From Archaeoglobus sp. JdFR-37 (GTDB lineage: Archaea; Halobacteriota; Archaeoglobi; Archaeoglobales; Archaeoglobaceae), in the NCBI GenBank assembly GCA_002010215.1, contig MTMY01000038.1, positions 1-40,955 on the forward strand: 40,955 nt of DNA. The letters run 5' to 3'. Positions 35,130 through 40,955 of the stretch are shown here, one piece after another. The notes under the pieces are model-generated. The model searched no databases. It saw only the letters and a program-made list of their open reading frames with translations, and was not told where the DNA came from. Position 1 is the first letter of the stretch; each line of letters starts with the position of its first letter. The position numbers were made by a program, and so were the translations under genes.

Positions 35130-36332
35130 ATGAAAGTTTGTGTGATTGGTGCCGGGCTCGGAGGATTGCTGTCGGCAGCACTGTTGTCAGCCAAGGGATA
35201 TGAGGTTGATGTATTCGAGAAACTCCCTTTTTATGGGGGCAGATTCACCAGCATAAATTACCGGGGATTTGAAGTCAGCACAGGGGCCCTTCATATGATT
35301 CCTCATGGCAGCAAAGGCCCCCTTGCCACCCTGCTGAAAAAAGCGGGGAGCGATGTTGAAATAGTTGATTCAGAACCTGAAGGTGAAATCTTCTTGAATG
35401 GGAAAAGGATAGAGGTCAGAAAGAAGCATTTTCCTTTCAAATCCCGTATGAAGTTTTTCGCTTGGTACGCTTGGAACGCTCTGCTCGGCAAGGATGCTAA
35501 CCTTGATGAGTTTGGAAAGCAGCTTGATGAGTTCAGCTACAATTTTATGAAGAGTTTTGTAGGATGGAGCTTCAGCGTAATGCCAAAGGACATTACATTT
35601 TCAAAAATGCTAGCAGTCTACAGGCAGGTAGCCAAATACAGGGGGCCTGGGATACCAATAGGCGGATGCAAAGCCGTTGTGGAATCGCTTGCAGAGATCA
35701 TAGAATCCAATGATGGCAAAATCCACCTGAAGACGAAAATCGAGGGACTCATGGGTGAAGATGATGAGAAAGTGGTAAGAGCTCTTTTTAACGGAACTTC
35801 TAGAGATTATGACATCTTCATCTCAAATATCGGCCACACCCTTACAGCGAAGCTCCTCAACGATCCCGAATATGAAAGGCGTTACCAGACAGAGCCCAGC
35901 AACGGTATAAAGTACACTTTAGCCCTTAAAGAACCTTTCATCGGTCATACGGGGGTTCTTTTCACACTCAACACCAGAAGGATAAGCGGTATGAATGAGG
36001 TTACCAATGCGGATCCAAGCTTGGCACCTGCAGGCTACCACATGCTTCAGGCTCACCAGCCAATGGAGACTGAGAACGTCAGATATGAGATAGGACTGGG
36101 TTTGAAGGACATTGAGGAAATTCTTTCCGGAATTGAGTATGAAGTTATATCCATTCAGAGTTACAGAGATGACTGGCCGGTGAATAGGATTAAGGCGGGA
36201 AGCGACATGGGTGTGAGGACACCTTACAGTAACCTCTATGTAGTGGGTGATGGAGCCAAAGGAGATGATATTGAGGTGGATGGTATAGCTCTGGGAGTTA
36301 TGGAAGTCATGGAGGTTCTGGAGGCTTTATGA
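35130..36332 (+). CDS. Phytoene-desaturase-like FAD-dependent oxidoreductase
   Basis: VIGAGLGG FAD motif, GGRFTS, STGALHMIPHG, PIGG, DPSLAPAGYH, LYVVGDG. Confidence 0.85.
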   Translation: MKVCVIGAGLGGLLSAALLSAKGYEVDVFEKLPFYGGRFTSINYRGFEVSTGALHMIPHGSKGPLATLLKKAGSDVEIVDSEPEGEIFLNGKRIEVRKKHFPFKSRMKFFAWYAWNALLGKDANLDEFGKQLDEFSYNFMKSFVGWSFSVMPKDITFSKMLAVYRQVAKYRGPGIPIGGCKAVVESLAEIIESNDGKIHLKTKIEGLMGEDDEKVVRALFNGTSRDYDIFISNIGHTLTAKLLNDPEYERRYQTEPSNGIKYTLALKEPFIGHTGVLFTLNTRRISGMNEVTNADPSLAPAGYHMLQAHQPMETENVRYEIGLGLKDIEEILSGIEYEVISIQSYRDDWPVNRIKAGSDMGVRTPYSNLYVVGDGAKGDDIEVDGIALGVMEVMEVLEAL

Positions 36333-37027
36333 GGGACGTTGTTAACCTTAAGGATGTTACGAAGGTCTTTGGAAGGTTTAAAGCTCTGAAGGGAATAAGC
36401 CTCAGTGTCAAAGATGGAGAAAAGCTGGCAATACTGGGTCCCAATGGGGCAGGCAAGACAACGCTTATCAAGATAATAAGCGGCCAGAGCAAGCCCACAA
36501 CAGGGGAAGTCAGCGTTTACGGCTTCACACCCTGGAAATACAGCGAGGAAGTGAGGAAGAAGATAGGCGTAGTCTCCCACAACCTTTTGCTTTACGAGGA
36601 TCTGACAGCCTATGAGAATCTCCAGTTCTTTTCCAAGCTTTACGAAGTTGATGAGAGCAGAATTGGTGAAGTTTTGAAGGAATTTGGCCTGTATTCAAGA
36701 AGGCATGACCTGGTGAAGAACTATTCCAGAGGTATGAAGCAACGTCTCTCGATAGCCAGAGCGGTCCTTCACGATCCGCAGCTCCTCATACTGGACGAAC
36801 CTTCCACCGGTCTAGATTACCAAGGCAGGCTTAAGCTTATGGAGATGCTGGAGAGTTATGGAGAGCGGAGAACCGTGATTCTGACGACACACAACATTGA
36901 GGAGGCTGAAAGACTCTGCAGAAAAGTTGCCATCATAAATGAGGGCAGATTGCTCAGCTATGGAGAGGTTGAGGGGATAGAAAGCCTTGCAGAGTTCTAT
37001 CTCAAAATCATGGGTGGTGCCCCTTGA
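36329..37027 (+). CDS. ccmA: ABC ATPase CcmA
   Basis: GPNGAGKT, YSRGMKQR, LDEP; translationally coupled to ccmB. Confidence 0.85.
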   Translation: MRDVVNLKDVTKVFGRFKALKGISLSVKDGEKLAILGPNGAGKTTLIKIISGQSKPTTGEVSVYGFTPWKYSEEVRKKIGVVSHNLLLYEDLTAYENLQFFSKLYEVDESRIGEVLKEFGLYSRRHDLVKNYSRGMKQRLSIARAVLHDPQLLILDEPSTGLDYQGRLKLMEMLESYGERRTVILTTHNIEEAERLCRKVAIINEGRLLSYGEVEGIESLAEFYLKIMGGAP

Positions 37028-37683
37028 GAACCTTTGGTAAGGCTCTGGAGTTAGCAAAAAAGGACCTTCGCATTGAATTCAGGACGAAGAACACCATCAA
37101 CTTCATGCTGCTATTTGCCCTCATAACCTCTATGATGTTCAGCGTTGCAGTGCCAATCAGCATTGCCGAAAAGGTTGCACCGGCTCTGATGTGGCTGGTC
37201 TTTCTTTTTGTTGGCATGCTGGGTTATTCAAGAGCATTTCTGAGGGAGGTGGAGTTAGAAACCCTGGATGCTCTACGCATATCTCCCATCAGCCCCTCAA
37301 GCGTTCTTATGGGTAAAGTTATATACAATATCTCCCTCATGCTCCTGATGGAGGTAACAATTCTGCCCATCTTCCTTGCCCTCTTCAATCTGTCAATTGT
37401 CGATCCTTTAATGCTGTTGGTAGCCGTTACTGCAGGAAACGTTGGATTTGTGGTAGTCTCTTCTTCTCTCTCAGTCTTAGTTATAAAATCCAAGTCAAGG
37501 GAGCTTTTACTCCCCGTTATCATGTTCCCGGTCATCTTTCCAATCATTACTTCCACCATAAATGCCGTTAATGCAGCTATGAGGGGAGGAGATGCGCTGC
37601 CTCACCTTGCAATCATCGGAGCCTTCTGTGTTATTATGGTGACCGTAAGTTTGCTGACCTTTGATTACGCCTTTACAGAATAG
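37024..37683 (+). CDS. ccmB: Heme exporter permease CcmB
   Basis: AKKDLRIEFR, FLRE.E..TLDAL, KSRELLLPVIMFP. Confidence 0.9.
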   Translation: MRTFGKALELAKKDLRIEFRTKNTINFMLLFALITSMMFSVAVPISIAEKVAPALMWLVFLFVGMLGYSRAFLREVELETLDALRISPISPSSVLMGKVIYNISLMLLMEVTILPIFLALFNLSIVDPLMLLVAVTAGNVGFVVVSSSLSVLVIKSKSRELLLPVIMFPVIFPIITSTINAVNAAMRGGDALPHLAIIGAFCVIMVTVSLLTFDYAFTE

Positions 37684-37728
37684 TCTCATATTGGTTGGAT
37701 TTATAACTAAACAAAAGAATAATAAAAA

Positions 37729-38655
37729 TTATTTATACTCTTTAATCTTCTCCAACAGCTTAGGCACCACTGCGTAGAGGTCACCTATAATCCCATAGTC
37801 AGCATGCTCGAAAATAGGTGCATTCGGATCGCTGTTGATGGCTATGATGGTCTTGGAATCCCTTACTCCGGCTATGTGCTGGATCTGTCCCGAAACGCCA
37901 ACGCCCACGTAAAGCTTCGGTTTAACAGCAACACCGGACATTCCAACCCAGTTAGGTGCCCAGTGCAAATCGGCTGACAAAGGCCTTGTAACTCCTACTG
38001 CCCCGCCAAGAACCTCGGCCAGCTCTTCAAGCATTGAAAGGTCTTCTTTCTTCTTGACGCCTCTCCCGGCCACCACTACTACCTCTGCATCCTCCAGCCT
38101 TAGTCCAACTTCTTTACTCCTCACCTCAACCACTTCAACGCTCGGGGAAATCTCAACCTGAACCTCTTCAATCTCTCCTTCTCCAGCCTCATCAGCCTTT
38201 GGATATGAGCCGGGTTTGAGACATACGATGCTAGGAGAAGTCTTCAGCTTTATTTCTGCCTGAGCCACACCGCCGTATGAGCTCCTTACAGCAATCAGCC
38301 CATCAGCTCCATCATCCATCCTTACCTGTGACGCCTCGCTTACGCATGCAGCATCAAGCTTTGCAGCCAGAATTGATGCCACCACAACGCCTTTGGGGCT
38401 ACCTTCCACAAGAAGCACATCAGGATCTACACTTTTAACTATATCATTCAGCACTTCAGCATACTCTGCTGGCCTGAATTCTCCAAACTTCTCAGAATCT
38501 GCGAAATAAACTTTGTTAACGAATTTTCTGGCCAGTTCAGCAAACTCTTTGGTTCCGATTACTGCAGCGGATATGCTGTCCGCTCCAATCTCCCTGGCTG
38601 CCGTGACCAGCTCTTTCAGCCCGCCATCATTTTCTGAATAGATGAGAACGTTCAT
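37729..38655 (-). CDS. etfA: Electron transfer flavoprotein alpha subunit (FixB-like)
   Basis: VVVAGRG, VGMSG, GVSGQIQHIAG, AINSDPNAPIF. Confidence 0.93.
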   Translation of the reverse strand: MNVLIYSENDGGLKELVTAAREIGADSISAAVIGTKEFAELARKFVNKVYFADSEKFGEFRPAEYAEVLNDIVKSVDPDVLLVEGSPKGVVVASILAAKLDAACVSEASQVRMDDGADGLIAVRSSYGGVAQAEIKLKTSPSIVCLKPGSYPKADEAGEGEIEEVQVEISPSVEVVEVRSKEVGLRLEDAEVVVVAGRGVKKKEDLSMLEELAEVLGGAVGVTRPLSADLHWAPNWVGMSGVAVKPKLYVGVGVSGQIQHIAGVRDSKTIIAINSDPNAPIFEHADYGIIGDLYAVVPKLLEKIKEYK

Positions 38656-38679
38656 GAACACCACCCCCCATCACGACGC

Positions 38680-39456
38680 TCAAATCAAATTCTCCTTGTG
38701 GAGTTCTTCTACAAGCTTACTAATGGCCTCGTCAACCTTTGCTGCATCGCTGGCATCAAATACAACGTTTTTCCTAGCAACTTTCGGCATTCTTGCAGAG
38801 AGAACTTCCATTTTGGCATCCACCTCAACACCAAGATCAGAGAGTGAGAGCTGGTTGAAGGGTTTTCGTGAAGCCTTCAGAATTGCAGAAAGCTTTGGAA
38901 TTCTCGGCTCGTTTATCTCCAGCATCACAGATACAACCACTGGCAGACTAGCACTGTAAACGTAAACTGCATCGCCCAAATCACTTTCAGTAACAACCTT
39001 TCCATTTTCCACCTTCAAGGAGACAGCATTTGGCAGGAGGGGGATGCTGAGATTTGCAGCAATCTTTGCCGGAATCTGCCAGGAGTAGCCGTCGGTTGAA
39101 GCAGCACCACAGAGGATGAGATCGTAACTCCCAATCTTCTTTATGGCAGCAGCCAGAACTTTTGCGATAGCTGTGGTATCAGCATCCTTCAAGGCATCAT
39201 CCATTACCGCATAAACTTCATCTGCCCCCATTGCGTATATTTCCTTGACGACCTCCTTAACATCGCTCCCTCCAGCAGTAACTGCCATAACCTTCCCGCC
39301 AGATGCCTCTTTTATTTTCAAAGCCTCCTCTAAAGCCCTTTTATCCATGTCACTCATTTTTTTGGGGGCTCCAGCCAGCATCGGTTCCCCTGTCGATGGG
39401 TCGAACTTTAACTGCTGCACATCATAACTCTGCTTAACACAAACAACGATGTCCAT
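38680..39456 (-). CDS. etfB: Electron transfer flavoprotein beta subunit (FixA-like)
   Basis: VVCVKQ, ALEEAL, AMGAD, DLILCG..STDG, INEPR. Confidence 0.93.
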   Translation of the reverse strand: MDIVVCVKQSYDVQQLKFDPSTGEPMLAGAPKKMSDMDKRALEEALKIKEASGGKVMAVTAGGSDVKEVVKEIYAMGADEVYAVMDDALKDADTTAIAKVLAAAIKKIGSYDLILCGAASTDGYSWQIPAKIAANLSIPLLPNAVSLKVENGKVVTESDLGDAVYVYSASLPVVVSVMLEINEPRIPKLSAILKASRKPFNQLSLSDLGVEVDAKMEVLSARMPKVARKNVVFDASDAAKVDEAISKLVEELHKENLI

Positions 39457-39483
39457 AAATATCACCATTAAAAAATAAAAATA

Positions 39484-40749
39484 TTACTGGGAGACGTAAT
39501 CCCTGCCGATGATGTCTCTGGCTATAATGTATTTCATTATGTTCTGGGCGCCTTCAGCTCCAATAACATAGCTGAACGGGCCAAGCCACGCTCTGAATAT
39601 TGGCGCCTCCTTTGTGTAGGCGTATGCACCATACCACTTCATGACTTCCTCAGCAAGGTCAACGCATGTTTCTGGCCCGTAGTTCTTGGCCAGAGCAACG
39701 GGTACATTGAGATCTTTGGGCTTGTAGGCTGGGTCTTTCTCTATGTATATCTTGTCAGCAAGTCTGGACGCTCTGTAAACGAAGTATTTTGCAGCCTCCC
39801 ATCTTGCATATAGCTCAGCAAATCTGAAGCTGACGCCTTGGAATGAAGCGATACTTTTGCCTCCAAACAGTTTCCTGTCCTTGAACCACTGTACTGCCTG
39901 CTCTAGAAGCCATCTTGCAGCGCCTATGGTGGCTGCGGAGACAACAATCCTAGCAAGATTGAAGCTCTCCATCACGTAGTAGAAGCCCTTGTTCTCCTCT
40001 CCAATCAGGTAATCCTTTTCCAGCTCGAAGTCCTCAAGGATGAAGCCGCCAGTTGTCAAGCCATGTCTTCCGATATCTTCATAGAGAGTAGGATTCCAGC
40101 CGGGTTTCAGCTCTCCGTTCTTTCTTGCCAGGAGGGCGAAGGCTGAGAGCCCTCTATGCCCGGGTTCGCCAGTTCTTGCCAGTGTAAACCAGCCACCACC
40201 CCAGGAGAGTTTCTGAACTTCACCAACACCACTTATGTATGCTTTTTCTCCGTTGAAAACGTAGACATCACCCTTTTTCACGGCTGTTGTCCTGAGTCCG
40301 GCAACATCTGAGCCTCCCTGAGGCTCGGTGGATGCGATGCCAAAGAATGCATCACCCTTGGCAACTTCTGGAATTATTTCCTGACAGACCTCTTCCTTGC
40401 CAAAGAGCTCCAGAGCGAAGGGCCATCCGGTGTTGAGAAGAGCGTAGACCGCAAGAGCCACAGATGGATCAGCATAAGCTATCTCCTCAATTGCGATGGT
40501 CGCCATGGTATAAGTTCCGCCCTGTCCTCCATACTCCTCGCTGCAAGGAATGCAGAACAATCCCTGCTCTCCCATCTTTTTAATTGTGTCAATAGGAATG
40601 TTCATAGGTTCCTTATCAGCAGCTTCATCAATCTCCACCCATTTGGGTGCTATATACTTCTGGCAAAACTCCCTCACAGTTTCTCTAAAAAGCTTCTCCT
40701 CCTCGGAGAAGGTCACTATGGTATCTTTCGGGTAATCTATTACGCTCAT
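39484..40749 (-). CDS. Acyl-CoA dehydrogenase
   Basis: EEYGGQG, STEPQGGSD, NGEKAYIS, R.LFG...FQ, AEGAQNIMK. ATG 40749 follows GAGGAGG. Confidence 0.93.
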   Translation of the reverse strand: MSVIDYPKDTIVTFSEEEKLFRETVREFCQKYIAPKWVEIDEAADKEPMNIPIDTIKKMGEQGLFCIPCSEEYGGQGGTYTMATIAIEEIAYADPSVALAVYALLNTGWPFALELFGKEEVCQEIIPEVAKGDAFFGIASTEPQGGSDVAGLRTTAVKKGDVYVFNGEKAYISGVGEVQKLSWGGGWFTLARTGEPGHRGLSAFALLARKNGELKPGWNPTLYEDIGRHGLTTGGFILEDFELEKDYLIGEENKGFYYVMESFNLARIVVSAATIGAARWLLEQAVQWFKDRKLFGGKSIASFQGVSFRFAELYARWEAAKYFVYRASRLADKIYIEKDPAYKPKDLNVPVALAKNYGPETCVDLAEEVMKWYGAYAYTKEAPIFRAWLGPFSYVIGAEGAQNIMKYIIARDIIGRDYVSQ

Positions 40750-40867
40750 CTGGCAAAACCTCCTCAAATCTTTACCAAACCTTACACATGATTAATTTTT
40801 AAATTTTTCTATTCTGGAATGCCACTTCCAGATTTAACTTCCGAATTTGACCCACCTCACCCATATC

Positions 40868-40955
40868 TTACCCATACTGGTAGTGGACGCCAAAGCCTCC
40901 ACTGGGATAGTTCCAGTCCAAGTCTTTCGGGCATGCAACCCTACAGGTTCCGCAT
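40868..40955 (-). CDS. fixX: FixX-like ferredoxin (3' part; start lies outside window)
   Basis: Manual translation CGTCRVACPKDLDWNYPSGGFGVHYQYG*, a typical FixX C-terminus. Could also be the tail of a FixC-FixX fusion. Confidence 0.85.
   Translation of the reverse strand, partial: CGTCRVACPKDLDWNYPSGGFGVHYQYG

Noticed and set aside
1..40955. CRISPR array, IS element or provirus
   Set aside because: No regularly spaced repeats, transposase, integrase or viral genes were recognised.

Overview
Gene-dense, mostly housekeeping segment of a euryarchaeal chromosome. Gene content and GGAGGTGA ribosome-binding sites point to Archaeoglobaceae (inference). It contains: an amino-acid catabolism operon (HTH regulator, 2-oxoacid:ferredoxin oxidoreductase gamma-delta/alpha/beta, Leu/Phe/Val dehydrogenase, NSS transporter); PolD small subunit; signal peptidase; trm1; dapL; tRNA-Pro(UGG); an HD hydrolase; two M24 peptidases; archaeal modified-mevalonate genes (aconitase X L/S, UbiD); tgtA-arcS; ccmABC; topoisomerase VI; and fixX-ACAD-etfBA. 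No CRISPR array or intact mobile element was seen. Features missed by the ORF track: a 55-aa ferredoxin, a 37-aa CcmD-like peptide, a relBE toxin-antitoxin relic, and two edge-truncated genes. The most interesting signals are (1) a CetZ/FtsZ-like protein that lacks the GTP-binding signature but keeps the T7 catalytic loop, (2) an exact 18-nt ORB-like repeat flanking the PolD1 block, (3) a probable CUG start for top6A, and (4) recurrent ~9-nt tandem duplications at gene ends. All calls come from reading motifs by eye; no database searches were run.
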